A DNA stretch of 64,000 bases from a virus, in the IMG/VR virus record IMGVR_UViG_3300017917_000095, positions 20,898 to 84,897 of that record; one strand, written 5' to 3'. Position numbers and translations under genes: made by a program. Below, piece by piece: positions 21,501 to 27,278 of the stretch. How positions within the stretch are numbered: position 1 is the first letter of the stretch; each line of letters opens with the position of its first letter. The notes beneath the pieces were generated by a model, which was not told the DNA's origin, did no database searches, and saw nothing but the letters and a program-made list of their open reading frames with translations.

Positions 21501-23120
21501 ACAGTTTCTAAGATTACATCTATCAGTAACGCTATAACACCTTATGCTGCAATTACAAACTGTACTGCAACAGACGGAACTACCGAGTACATTACATGCT
21601 CTACAACTAGTGGATTTGTCGCAGGACAAACTGTACAGTTCAAGGGAACAACATCGTTCGGTGATATTGATATTTCTGGATTAGTGTATTATGTCAAGAC
21701 AGTAGTAGACGGAACCCACTTCACTATTTCTGCAACACCGGGTGGTTCAGCAGTTGACTTATCAACCGGGTCTGGTTTGATCGTAGCATATGTCGGTGGA
21801 CAGCCAGCAGTACGTGTAACAACATCTGCGGCGCACAACTTGACAACTAACGATGTAGTACGTATAGACGGTACATTGGGTTCATTACAATTGAACAACA
21901 ACACTTACTATGTACACGTAATAAGTCCTACTCAGGTTGACTTGTACACTGAAGCATATGATGCTGGTTTAACAGCATTGAATTATCCAGTGACTGACAT
22001 TTCTTCGTACATCTCAGGTGGTTATCTATGGGCAATAAATCAGTTCATTTTGGTTGCTGCAACAGTAACTAATACTACAACAAGTCCAACGCTAGGAAAC
22101 TATTTGACTGTTTCGGATACATCTATGTTAGTCGCAGGAACTCCTGTAATCTTTAGTGGAACAGTATTCGGTGGTGTAGTTGCAGGAACAACCTACTACA
22201 TCCGTGAAGTAATCAGTGCAACGACATTCTCTATCACCGACACACGTGATGGTAGTGAATTTACATTGTCAACTGCTAGCGGTTCAATGGGAGTTACTCA
22301 GTGGGAACAGGACAACGTAGATCGTCTATGGGTTACAGTTAACGGTTACCGAGTTCCATCAAGTAGCTTGAGATTGAATTCGGGTAACAGAGTCAGTATT
22401 TTGACCGAGATTACACCATCTGATGTAATTATTATGGAATCTATGATTCCAAGTGCTACTCCTAACGAAGAAGTATACTTGTTGAATGTTAACCAAGTTC
22501 AGGATGCTGTGGTTTACCGAGCAAATACACAAACTAGAACATGGTTAACTCAGCCGTTAAGCAGTACAGATGATACGATCCATGTATTTGACGCAACTCG
22601 CTTGACAGATACCGTAACACAAAACGTCACTACTCCTGCAGCAGTTGACGGTGTGTATAGCATCGGGTTGACTGCGGACAAGCGCATGATTTCTAACGTT
22701 GCTGTGTACAACAATACTACAGGACAAACTATCTCTAGTACAAACTATGAAATAGTTATCGAAGCATTAGCTCCGATATTGAAGATCACTTCTGGCGCAT
22801 ATATTTCTGCTGGAAATTCATTGACAATAACCATACTTGAGGGTAACTTGCTGTATGTCAACGGGGAACAAATCAAATTTACGCAGGTAGATTTGGCTAG
22901 TAATACGTTAACTGGCCTACAGCGCGGAGCGAACGGTACAGGCCAGCAGGAATACATTCCTCTATACACTGAATTGTTCGGATTATTGTCTAATAACCAG
23001 ATGACTTCTGTTCAGTATGGTGAAACTTGGAATTCTGACGTATACAATACGACTGACGGGGATCCTCTACAGATCAGTGAAACAGCGGCTGCAACATTCT
23101 TGCGAGGCGATATAAACTGA
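3531..23120 (+). CDS. Giant virion structural protein (baseplate/tail-fibre-like, 6529 aa) with repeated beta-domains, FG-GAP-like and beta-propeller segments
   Basis: Uninterrupted 19.6 kb ORF right after the gp6-like gene; T/S/G/N/V-rich; ~15-18 copies of a YY(V/I)xxIxxxTxFx(V/I)SxTxGG module; FG-GAP-like FGSAVAI/FGYSVAT/FGISVDT motifs (~10.9-13.1 kb); VAVGxxGxIxxSxDGxTWT propeller blades (~18.8-19.9 kb). Confidence 0.75.
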   Translation: MASRIRTLNFLPEVFQTTTNSQFLGATLDQIVQQPETKRIEGYVGSRFGYGVNAKNYYVTEPNKTRTDYQLDPGVVFTKTNESVAKDFISYPGMLDALNLEGGLTQDNNRLYNSQFYSWDSFTDLDKIINFNQYYWIPQGPASVVVSSETVFSSNEYNVYDLPSGYNIVPVTSSEGQGTTNPTLTLLRGGTYTFAVNQDTQFWIQGRPGVTGYDPTQPNVQTRDVLGVDNNGTTQGIVTFTVPPKDAQDDYNFPGNNLVDVVSTLPFAQVNGARLADLGGIDGVTSLDGLTVMFYNTGIPNEVGYVSNFFDYTPFDYNDDLTPLQSITVTATTASTDAITCSSTANLAVGNAIIFNGNPFGGLAAYSTTLPNTIYYVESIINSTQFTVSTTVGGSVYPLSNGSGTMTAISNQGLYEQGYYTNVNENFYTIQYLGDPSDPVIRLKQANEIPTNQKITATYGTQWVARAFYKNPSGVVLLIPYLSAQLDTLYYQDGTFADKVGVIRLIESNVLNTLDVETDILGKAQYTATNGVVFTNGLKVTFQGDVFPVKYLSGEYYVEGVGTAIELLPVEDFVAPESFTASTYVPWDTIGWDAANWEGDSYVPVNPEYITIARNSMDKNAWSRSNRWFHIDVINATATYNNNPDLLTLYTNENFKAKRPIIEFYPNLKLFNSGSEGKAPVDFIDVRTTDAFSLVAGKQNYYPDVEVYTGYSATITSTNYTPIRAFTSASASTDIFTTTTGTTGFQVNDLIVFDGITLDPTIQDGKSYYIAEVVSGTQFKISATKGGSVIGPDSNLGAGGNIIWSPLSTTVTVAADEITGTFTVGQYVKDSTNALPRNAQIASITGTTNLTLTVEWDEGSKYFAQQTNASIIGTDTTNDNYALFDGATVIFTADTDANVRNKVYVSRFSAITGSSTPIITLTEAKDGEVYPNQQTVALRGYFNNGNEFWFDGAEWIEGQQKTTLNQPPLFDIFDENQVSLGDPLVYVGTSFTGCKLFSYGIGTGLDDSVLGFPIRYSSVDNVGDISFDVSLNSDTFDYVKGTEPITQNVNTGYVYQYLTRDTYKRQIGWQTALSPSVQYQLFSFDFDPLNPATSYVCDIAKSSSTSTNWPTIDVFINNVALQHSEYTVTVGPNSTTVVLNANPVTETVVQIALLSNQVSPTAYYSIPVNLNNNPLNADITVANVGDIRGQYQSAFYNNPNTVGKAFGPNNYRDLGNMVPWGDKIIQNSASLVLPGAFLRKQEHNLFNALLFNDREYIKFKNLLVYTVQNSDYSQRFNPSVMLDDALDQITASKDNSQPFFWSDMLPSKSAYISNTYSFANSLDVSIYPLSRVYDFKTANYYGVLVYLTRTVNGVTSTQQLIKNQDYNVSETSPSLTVTTDLLPGDVVTIKEYNQTYGSYVPNTPTKLGLYPAYTPEVVLDSDYNEPTYFIKGHDGSYNKLYGDYDPTTGLLVDFRDQVLLEFELRVYNNLKISSEIPIKEYEVLPGFFRETDYSYADWLYIYSPNFLSWVGQNRLNYKTQYFNSANKFTYNYSQSGNAVDKAPISQGYWRGMYQYFYDTTTPNTTPWEMLGFTQMPTWWTNRYGPAPYTSDNLVLWNDLAEGINWNNGDPFVIPEAVRDGLLDIIPVDTAGNLLAPIDSIVGSYNQKLFQRDWKVGDAGPVEFSYRRSSSYPFDLMKIMALMKPAKFFNLGVDVDHYKYNAEFNQYLVNNRSHLKMSDIDVYGSGTAVTSYINWVVDYEKQVGIDATTNITEMLNNMDVRLVYRLAGFSDKTMLKFYVEKSTANSNNSSLLIPDESYQVLLYDNQPFNRISYSGVVVQIAPNGGYTVFGNSQTVAYFKTLKPKFGGNYASIDVEKLSVKITPDHFDQIQLVPYNTTFYTVQEVAQFLADYGAYLVSLGMQFQDLENELEINWNQMIAEFMYWAQTGWAAGSIVTLNPAAKSLVINKDSNIVQPLTIQQSNFVLNQNLYPIQLNDMSIVRQDTEFRVTALNQGDVMSYGQFNLSNFEHGIVFDNETLFGDVLYNLTTGLRQNRISLRGTKSANWNGTVNAAGFIYNQDNVKPWSRTAKYTKGEIVTYKNKYWVATKIIQASETFNEADWKRTNYDEIQKGLLPNASTRSYESTLYYDSTQANLENDADLLSYSLIGYRPRDYLALADLTDITQVNVYKNMIKEKGTLNAASAFKGANLPQGGIDYDVYENWAIKAGEFGGVLNNNFIEFKVNEKYMTGNPAIVGLTDGIYNVGVQQEVPLYSLFNYGRPITSVDALPTTSTNEPSTVYPDAGYVNFNDVKMSAFYYAQMPFAINKSGVVVPIENFYVRDYVWLANYLETWQVYTTAAMGQVTNAKNNLNDTVTITFKTPHNLTQYQPFAIVNFDVAIDGYYLATIVIDQYRVLVSKTLDSGIKNITGEGIALKFTSQRVATPNEINTLPLTDAEFRKNTVWVDTAYDGSWGVYRKSISYQLENQLTKQSSESFGSAVAINDQVGYLVGDADAGQVYRYTYNDLAQEYQIAQTLIGGTSFGSTITYAGDLYAIAETTGSTRSVKLYQLQQTITSDDLILIQTLTYPSGATTWGTSIAISGDQDWMYISDIDQNTVHVYERLNVPTTAGYFVVGQTYTIQTVGTTDFVAVGATSNDVGVSFIATGVGSGTGVANKTTYTNVTSIDGDALGLTTSGDNFGYSVATDYDGDEIIIGTPNQNNGAIDNWGYTYVFQRIYQNVEINYNTISPAFQTLQLAWTPTTVSKTVTSTNATGNKVTLNSVSGITVNDPIIFTGTLTGTDIASNKVYYVASINVPSTYITLKTSRESTSTVTVATNASVSATATAQTEPLIVSKNGTVVTDNNYAVIDDSMIYTGSLNAGDIVNISGHEIVLLQTLTTEEAPQTGSQFGISVDTNNNASEIIVGAPFQLDSQMQEGTVYRYTDSGAKFGMYMGTSDCNVTTTRKILINGFLTFIPAGDAEDVANSIKSANITNVTAAAVDGKLAIYLLNTEISPHDEKLFLGIVDTATLSELGLEVFVKTQEILCPHKVGPTQFGSVVKFNQYGSFVASAPTGTRYSATTFDFSDDENQDDDTVFDNNATQWVDETPNFGAVYMFDYISEYNESLAAPGTYVYAQSVNSPNLVYSAFNSYDQATDVTYNNQPRYGTALDFNDFSVAIGTPNDTGATSGSTYAGSVTAYRNATRVQDWAIYRHSAPVVDINKIYNIQLFSAETNNTLINMDYIDPLQGKILGAARENIDVVSNVDPATYNNAPTVTGGITWGAAQLGTVWLNTKGMRYVNYHQNDDISYNSQYWGTLFPGSDVAVYSWIASNVLPAEYRGPGTPFDVNSYSVQYVINAAGSLVPTYYFWARNTNMIFSDNGKTLADSIIASYIESPKASGVSYFTPLLPSVYGLYNSGEYINANDSVLHIGFATGSNDDPAHSQFNLIRDGYASDFLPGVPLVSGESPDSLYDRLLDSLCGVDELGSVVPNPYLPKAVQVGILARPRQSFFLNRFLALKNYLQYANTVLAQYPITEIRYSSFLTSSGEFYDTANYWQFINWWAPGYNDNTKASLQVPLYADLSTLSVVTGTIVTVATNGNGKSETYVYEADGTWKRIGLENGTIEFKSSLWDYSSVRLGYGDNFFDTDTYDVYPSEETRKIVRALNEQIYTDDLMIYRNKSLVLLFEYIQAESTENQNYLPWLNKTSFIDVAHTIRELRPIEVFQSDNQAFLEGYLNEVKPYHVVIKEFLFKYTGEEVFAGDITDFDLPAKYNSSIGQFVTPQLVYSNSNGINQFTPDDPIWQEPEYSQWFNNHGVSLTGQDNVQITTLASYISLNANAFAVDNAQGLPINGVLQIGTEQIGYASVDRSLNVVSGLTRGVNGTTVSTHIPGDLIYINLPAVLVLDGGRGYTEPPKVTAYIDTTIYPAPTRAAVLTAVMNLDSVLRVDVVDPGQGYAVLPKIIIDSAVVVPFDDTSVSTLTNTVQLYAPLLQTGDLIQYKVGAGSTSVGGLEDGQWYYINVLETVPSVTVGLYDNYADAMNNHDRLSLFSTGSGSFTFNVGARASAITTAVPVRENNITLRFDRTSYGSDLIEWEAGRYYGAFYAGTYHNSSQVSSSSITLESTQPPVASILASAQGVAFEITDVRNERIVEYSSFIRHVGSTIASSDAVRLTLQDDGSGNPNASGGTIGFYIGMPIKFVGAVGGSGIVNEQVYYVNSILNQTDFTLSSDPSGSPIVALSDWTISVAGLDCYVGQVSDAAVITVDYPGILNITATEAVTNNITVPLHLSGTGGTAGFYINLPIFFTGTDSSLPQNGVFGGIIENQVYYVTTVVDNQTFTMSENKDPVWFNVLSTSASTDAITIDGDTQKLSVNEPIIFNTMVVAGTETTSFGGITSGTTYYVSAILSTTAFQISATVNGAVLALSDVAAASNTSALLTSQKDTVKLTTATGNTMVVNVSLPVSPGQVNGQKFTLYETSGQYPGSTGTDTSLITRGVAALIGTVNVSAGSFVIGETYTIAFVGTTNFTAIGASANTIGVTFTATGAGTGTGTANLEVNQVVLTNFNPGDTVALWLTNIYNNLPLEISTTYGSSFLTAGTPYYVIDNGIIEVEVTYTSSSDNSLKCESTASLFEDMPITFSGAGVGGVQIDVEYWVKSIIDDQRFTITNTPGGLEITVTTASGLMTGTGLPYVKVSTSVGGSVTNPGSTQQTATFTIPSSTITVSAAPDTGTKVFFRTTGSLPGGVSENTEYFVTKTGATTFEISLTSGGSAITTSGTQSGTHTMIIATEATMDQTPSATVPEFDVSYVLGGYRVLITEPSSGYAVDNVITIPGTEMGGTTPENDLTLTVNAISSTGAITSVICDGTVPGASQQYYLKVISPTEFALYENQLMTVPASGLGIPFVGTTQSTVTGLTSGTNALTLADASGFELNDLVVFTGDMTPTIGAITAGQGYFITSITGNDITISEDPDGTDVTITTTISANFTIAKSGSFALLPEPFIFNQSLVKYNNRVYVCIISNNDREFVFGKWELLTSGDRRLNAMDRVLGYYQPTDNMPGVDLTQLFEGVTYPNSTYLGNAFEPDLQYPIDTVLQDQAFYPTEVDIKAIAWDGTTYVATADTPTYSGVLSSTAGSTWEIDKLANTPLNTTDIIYAGGYYILTSNNQATPLFRSVDGITWTTNGYFTPWGSTPYDDTNYDMTALSVASLYLNSVAYRNGVWVAVGQNIVSSTDTFVWNERYTYANPLLSNTLYGVDSIDITSFTGFIAVGKGQEFDYSGPVSAVVDINLILTSVDGLTWTQLPAVSSKGMYAIANNTTNAVAVGEDGIIYISNNGANWTGVNEVFVISANPSTNVLSVASTAGFAVNSAVRFSRAFNVFAAGTTYYVKTIVNGTQLQLSATPGGAAVTLTAAAPTATTFMYAYPRTGSLRDVSYANGTFIAVGDTGLVRTSANGITWTTRTSGTTQDLNGITYNADDATWIAVGDNNTILISVNDGVSWSASSVFAPQPTVYDVQGSTFEYGYGPEELVPGVVTDNITMTVATRPGTDWDATVYAHVGYNVVSVEYQPVSASQTAYSFDVRNLYSVQTPAQIAVFKINGTTGLSTSLYETLDYTVDWVNFVVSLNTPLTFLPVSDKLRVDVYEVGNGNQLVKASTNTDPIRTNDTTGWNEIYVNCNYTGQIYNGSGVVRPDTFPVDVLATETDSTSNAITCESVKEFTLNDPIRFQGNVFGGIQEDTTYYIKTISYITNRITVSETINAGTGTAGPTFALTDGTGSMNIVIKVGYGAPWTDPIIYHNGTKLLMGTTSTVTRTKASNNAVTTNTTDGMVPGEAIVFSDTMFGGILLPQTTYYIKSIFDTNEFTVSATPGGPELTLTDATGGAEFITNDYAFGIADNGISASIIFSAQYDANVDYITYTLFGETTPSQYGYTIPEVQRFTGDGTAGPFELTNFIGQDNPENAVVEVNRLRQPSSTYTIDYNTNELTFNAGYEPSIGVPVVVTSFNQTTRQYLNTQSGITSKTVSKITSISNAITPYAAITNCTATDGTTEYITCSTTSGFVAGQTVQFKGTTSFGDIDISGLVYYVKTVVDGTHFTISATPGGSAVDLSTGSGLIVAYVGGQPAVRVTTSAAHNLTTNDVVRIDGTLGSLQLNNNTYYVHVISPTQVDLYTEAYDAGLTALNYPVTDISSYISGGYLWAINQFILVAATVTNTTTSPTLGNYLTVSDTSMLVAGTPVIFSGTVFGGVVAGTTYYIREVISATTFSITDTRDGSEFTLSTASGSMGVTQWEQDNVDRLWVTVNGYRVPSSSLRLNSGNRVSILTEITPSDVIIMESMIPSATPNEEVYLLNVNQVQDAVVYRANTQTRTWLTQPLSSTDDTIHVFDATRLTDTVTQNVTTPAAVDGVYSIGLTADKRMISNVAVYNNTTGQTISSTNYEIVIEALAPILKITSGAYISAGNSLTITILEGNLLYVNGEQIKFTQVDLASNTLTGLQRGANGTGQQEYIPLYTELFGLLSNNQMTSVQYGETWNSDVYNTTDGDPLQISETAAATFLRGDIN

Positions 23121-23122
23121 AT

Positions 23123-23134
23123 GATAAATAAATA
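23123..23134 (+). promoter_or_regulatory. Late promoter motif GATAAATAAATA (overlapping pair)
   Basis: Intergenic, just upstream of the ATG at 23137. Confidence 0.55.
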
Positions 23135-23136
23135 AT

Positions 23137-23289
23137 ATGAGTGAAAATTCTTCTAAAAGTCAGGAAACTACACAAGAAAAGCCCGAACCCGTGCCAAATG
23201 AGCACGGGGGCTTTTACTTTTCTTCTTTCGTGAAGATTTTTGACCCAAACACAAAACAAGTTCTAGTACAAAAAAGAGGCGATAACTAA
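23137..23289 (+). CDS. Small 50-aa hypothetical protein (not in the ORF track)
   Basis: MSENSSKSQETTQEKPEPVPNEHGGFYFSSFVKIFDPNTKQVLVQKRGDN; fills the gap exactly, follows a late motif, and its TAA overlaps the next ATG (TAATG). Confidence 0.7.
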   Translation: MSENSSKSQETTQEKPEPVPNEHGGFYFSSFVKIFDPNTKQVLVQKRGDN

Positions 23290-23909
23290 TGTCAGCAATT
23301 ACAATTTCATATAAAGTTGAGGGCTTTTTGAAAGTCTACGACCCCAACAGTGGTGAGGTCTTTGTAGACAAGCACAATGCTATCAACTACGAAAATATGT
23401 CGGAAGCTATTGCTGACACTCTAAGCAGTCGCGGTTACGGGGAAATCTATCAAATGGCCTTTGGTAACGGTGGTGCGTCAGTAGACGAAACCGGCGTTAT
23501 TACGTATTTGCCCCCAAATACAACAGGTCAAAACGCTGCCCTATACAATCAAACGTATGAAAAAATCGTTGATGATACCAGCGTTTTCAACTTAGATCCT
23601 ACACGTAACAAGATGACAGTTTCACACACCACGGGTAAGGTTTATACTGACATTTTAGTCCAATGTTTGCTAGATTACGGTGAACCTGCAGGACAGAACG
23701 CATTCGACAACAGTACTCAAACTGACGGAGAATATGTGTTTGACGAACTAGGACTACTAGCAAATTATGGTACGGACAATGACGGTAATGTTATCACAAG
23801 ACTACTAACCCATGTCATTTTCCACCCCGTTCAAAAGAGTTTGAACAGACAGATTCAGATAGATTACACGGTTAGAATTCAAGCACTAACTAACTTGGTA
23901 ACTATATAA
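23289..23909 (+). CDS. Phage structural/baseplate-associated protein, 206 aa
   Basis: MAFGNGG...FDELGL...LLTHVIFHPVQKSLNRQIQIDYTVRI pattern typical of tail-collar/baseplate-region proteins; structural context. Confidence 0.55.
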   Translation: MSAITISYKVEGFLKVYDPNSGEVFVDKHNAINYENMSEAIADTLSSRGYGEIYQMAFGNGGASVDETGVITYLPPNTTGQNAALYNQTYEKIVDDTSVFNLDPTRNKMTVSHTTGKVYTDILVQCLLDYGEPAGQNAFDNSTQTDGEYVFDELGLLANYGTDNDGNVITRLLTHVIFHPVQKSLNRQIQIDYTVRIQALTNLVTI

Positions 23910-23917
23910 GATAAATA
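23910..23917 (+). promoter_or_regulatory. Late promoter motif GATAAATA
   Basis: Intergenic, upstream of a GGAG SD and the ATG at 23941. Confidence 0.55.
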
Positions 23918-23940
23918 AGAGAATATCGGAGTGATTTGAA

Positions 23941-25161
23941 ATGGCATATACAATTGTTAAAAGTGATGGAACAGTTTTAACAACCGTACCTGATGGTACG
24001 ATTAACACTACTAGCACATCTATTGGACTTCCCGGACGTAATTACGCCGGTTACGGTCAAACCCTAGACACGAACTTTGTTCATCAACTAGAAAATTTTG
24101 CTGATTCAACCCCTCCTGCAAATCCATTGCGCGGTCAGTTGTGGTATGATATTAACTCAAGCACCGTTAAAGTTTGTCCTACAGACGGAGAAACTAACGC
24201 ACTTGCTTGGTTATCATTGACTTCTACTAGCTCAGGTGGTACAACTACTTTCGGTCAAGTTACTGTTACAGGTACTATGCAAGCTAACAACCTAGCAGCA
24301 ACTAATAACGTAACAGGTAACGCAGCATCATTTAACTATCTAACAGTTTCTGCTAATGCAAACATTGCAAACGCAAACTTGTCTGGCACTACAACAGTTG
24401 CTAGCTTGGTCACTACATCAATCACAACCGGCGCCAATACTACTGCAGGTGGCATCACTGGTACATGGACAGTCAACGGCGGCTTGAGTGGTAACGCAAT
24501 CATATTAACAAATGGTAACTTGTTCATTGGTAACAGTTCAGGTGCCAACTTGTACGGTGTTCGTACAGACAAGTACATGTACGCTAACGGCGATCCTATC
24601 TCGTTTGCAGGTACATATTCTAACTCTAACGTAGCTGGTTATTTACCAGTGTACAACGGACAAGTTCTAGCAACTACTGTCCAAATGACAACAATCACGA
24701 CCGGCGCAAATACAACTGCTGGCACAATGACAGGTAACTGGACATTGAGTACTGGTTCTAGACTAAATGCTACATACGCTGACTTGGCCGAACGTTTCGC
24801 TGCTGATGATGTTTATAGCCCAGGCACAGTCGTTGAACTAGGTGGAGAGAAAGAAATCACTGCGGTTCAATACGAACTATCCGAAGATGTATTTGGTGTT
24901 ATTTCTGATACTGCGGGTTACTTAATGAACGCCGGCGCTGGTAATGACCAAACTCACCCACCTGTAGCTATGAGTGGTCGAGTTAAAGTTAAAGTCGTTG
25001 GACAAGTCAAAAAGCATGAGCGTTTAGTGAGTGCAGGTAACGGTATCGCACGTGCTGCAAAGCCGGGTGAAGCAACTGCATTTAATACTATCGGTAGAGC
25101 ACTTGAAAACAAGACGACCACAGAAGTAGGCACTGTAGAAGCCATTGTAATTATAAAATAA
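23941..25161 (+). CDS. Tail fibre/spike protein with C-terminal intramolecular-chaperone (autoproteolytic)-like domain, 406 aa
   Basis: N-terminal GRNYAGYGQTLDTNFVHQLENFA...P...GQLWYD fibre anchor; T/N/G-rich shaft; C-terminal YADLAERFAADDVYSPGTVVELGGEKEIT...GVIS...PVAMSGRVKVKV...IGRALE. Confidence 0.7.
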   Translation: MAYTIVKSDGTVLTTVPDGTINTTSTSIGLPGRNYAGYGQTLDTNFVHQLENFADSTPPANPLRGQLWYDINSSTVKVCPTDGETNALAWLSLTSTSSGGTTTFGQVTVTGTMQANNLAATNNVTGNAASFNYLTVSANANIANANLSGTTTVASLVTTSITTGANTTAGGITGTWTVNGGLSGNAIILTNGNLFIGNSSGANLYGVRTDKYMYANGDPISFAGTYSNSNVAGYLPVYNGQVLATTVQMTTITTGANTTAGTMTGNWTLSTGSRLNATYADLAERFAADDVYSPGTVVELGGEKEITAVQYELSEDVFGVISDTAGYLMNAGAGNDQTHPPVAMSGRVKVKVVGQVKKHERLVSAGNGIARAAKPGEATAFNTIGRALENKTTTEVGTVEAIVIIK

Positions 25162-25170
25162 GGATAAGAA

Positions 25171-26121
25171 ATGAGTTACGCACAATATGGATTAATACAG
25201 GCTACTGATTTTAATGCATTGGCTGGTGGTAACCCTACGACTTCTAGTGGTACGATTAACGCAGTTTGGGCAACTGGTGGTACAACGGCAGGTTATGGGC
25301 AAACGGCAGTAGCCAACGTTGCAGTTGGAGGCACTGTAGCTGCCACTGACTGGGCCAACTTAGTAAACAGAACAGCAAACTCTGCCTCACATCAGGGTAC
25401 AAGTATCACTTCTGTAACAGCACCTAGCGCAGGTGGCACCGTTACATACTTGTCTGCTATTCCTACAAACTTAACAACAATTTACACTAGCAGATTAAAC
25501 GCTGCTACTCAGGGTTCTACTACTTCAAACACTGCTACATATGCAAGTACATGGAGTTCTGCACTAACATTCACTCACACAGCGACATTCGCTAACGGTG
25601 ATGCAGCACGGTATTTCTTCAATTCAGGCGGACAGCTAGCAATTACTTGTACACACCCAAGTGGTACAGGTATCAACTTACTATTGAACAACTTAGCAAG
25701 TAACATCGGTACAGTCGTATTGTCAGCACCTACATCAGGTACAGTTGCAATCGCAGGAACTAACTATAACGGTATTACTAAAGTCGGTGGTGGTGGTAAT
25801 GCACCAACAACTAGCCCTAACACTGGTTACTATGCATTGACTACTGGTAATGCTACAGTCTTTACACAGACTGCAAGTACAGGTCCATCCGGATACTTAT
25901 CTACGTTCATTCGTGTAATCGTTAAGTCTAACGGTACACAAGGTTCTAACGGTGATGCAGGCTCTGTCATCACTATCTATACTATTTGGGACGAAGTTCC
26001 GGATGGTTTAACAGCAGCCGCAAACTCGGCAACGACATTAACTGTTCGTCCGCCCGAAACAACATATCTAGCAAATACCTGGGGCGCAATCAGCCTTTCT
26101 GGTACAGTCACCGGCGCATAA
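25171..26121 (+). CDS. Thr/Gly/Ala-rich virion structural protein, 316 aa
   Basis: Low-charge T/G/A/S composition, GYGQ and ARYFFNSGG motifs; follows a fibre gene. Confidence 0.55.
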   Translation: MSYAQYGLIQATDFNALAGGNPTTSSGTINAVWATGGTTAGYGQTAVANVAVGGTVAATDWANLVNRTANSASHQGTSITSVTAPSAGGTVTYLSAIPTNLTTIYTSRLNAATQGSTTSNTATYASTWSSALTFTHTATFANGDAARYFFNSGGQLAITCTHPSGTGINLLLNNLASNIGTVVLSAPTSGTVAIAGTNYNGITKVGGGGNAPTTSPNTGYYALTTGNATVFTQTASTGPSGYLSTFIRVIVKSNGTQGSNGDAGSVITIYTIWDEVPDGLTAAANSATTLTVRPPETTYLANTWGAISLSGTVTGA

Positions 26122-26146
26122 TTTTTAAAGTACAACTTGTATCCAT

Positions 26147-26153
26147 CTAAATA
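26147..26153 (+). promoter_or_regulatory. Late promoter core CTAAATA at the start of the modification cluster
   Basis: TAAATA core in the intergenic gap, upstream of an AGGAG SD and the ATG at 26170. Confidence 0.45.
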
Positions 26154-26169
26154 CTCTTAGGAGTGATCG

Positions 26170-26475
26170 ATGGATACAAAAACTTTAATAAGCGACGCCA
26201 AAGCCCGTTTTAGCCACAATGCTGCAAAAGCATACTTGAAAGAAAAGTATGAAGCACGATTAATTGTGGCTGAGCAAGGTGGTCTTTGGAGAGCTAATAC
26301 TAACACAATCAGTTTCTTAAACAGCATTCAAACCGATACAGTCGTGCTGATCGATACGTTTGAAAATCCGGTTGAAGTTAACCGTAGTGACTTGCTAGCC
26401 AAATTAACAGAAACGTATGACACTGTTATGCGTGAATGGCTCAACGATTGGGCAGAACTAGAGAAGAAGCGATGA
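26170..26475 (+). CDS. Hypothetical protein, 101 aa
   Basis: AGGAG SD; ATGA overlap with the next gene. Confidence 0.7.
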   Translation: MDTKTLISDAKARFSHNAAKAYLKEKYEARLIVAEQGGLWRANTNTISFLNSIQTDTVVLIDTFENPVEVNRSDLLAKLTETYDTVMREWLNDWAELEKKR

Positions 26476-27278
26476 GCCGAGGTGCATTACTCTTTGCATT
26501 CAACTCCCCGAAGTACAATTACTATGAAATGGCAGAGTTTGCTGCCAAGCGTATTAATCACTTCTTGGGATTGCCTGTAACGATTGTTACAGATGAAAAG
26601 AGCTTACCTGAAAATCCAACATACAAGTTCGACAATACCATTGTCGTAGAGCCTGATAAGAACAACATCAGAGACCATGTAGTTTGGATCAATAAGGGCC
26701 GCTATCAAGCTTATGCTCTAAGTCCGTATGACGAAACACTAGTGTTGGATACTGACTATGTTGTTAACAGTGATAAACTGTTAGCAACCTTCGACATGGC
26801 TGAGGATTTCTGCTGCCATGATAATACTAACTTCTTGATGTACCCTAAAGCACCTCAGGAAGTATTGAGTGCGTATAGCTTTAAGACATTGTGGGCTACC
26901 GTAATCATGTTTAAAAAGACAAACAGAGCAAGGCAAATCTTTGAATGTCTAGAAATGGTACAGAAGAATTATGACCACTATGCTAATATCCATAGTTTTA
27001 TTGCTGGTGTATATCGCAATGACTACGCCCTGACGCTAGCACTTAGAATTGCTAACGGCCACATCAACTACAAAGACGATATCATCCCGTGGAATCTAGT
27101 ACACGTGGGTAAGAATACCTCTGTATACAAGAACAACACTGACGAATTCGATACTGAATACACAGTGATGTATGATAATTGGCAACGTGGCAAGATTCGT
27201 AAAGAGTTTATGACAATCAAAGACATGGACTTTCACGTAATGAACAAAGACAATTTCATGGAGTTGATGAATGGATAA
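26472..27278 (+). CDS. GT-A fold (GT8-like) glycosyltransferase-like protein
   Basis: SPYDETLVLDTD DxD motif, WATVIMFKK, YRNDYA; start moved to ATG 26472 because of the ATGA overlap. Confidence 0.6.
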   Translation: MSRGALLFAFNSPKYNYYEMAEFAAKRINHFLGLPVTIVTDEKSLPENPTYKFDNTIVVEPDKNNIRDHVVWINKGRYQAYALSPYDETLVLDTDYVVNSDKLLATFDMAEDFCCHDNTNFLMYPKAPQEVLSAYSFKTLWATVIMFKKTNRARQIFECLEMVQKNYDHYANIHSFIAGVYRNDYALTLALRIANGHINYKDDIIPWNLVHVGKNTSVYKNNTDEFDTEYTVMYDNWQRGKIRKEFMTIKDMDFHVMNKDNFMELMNG

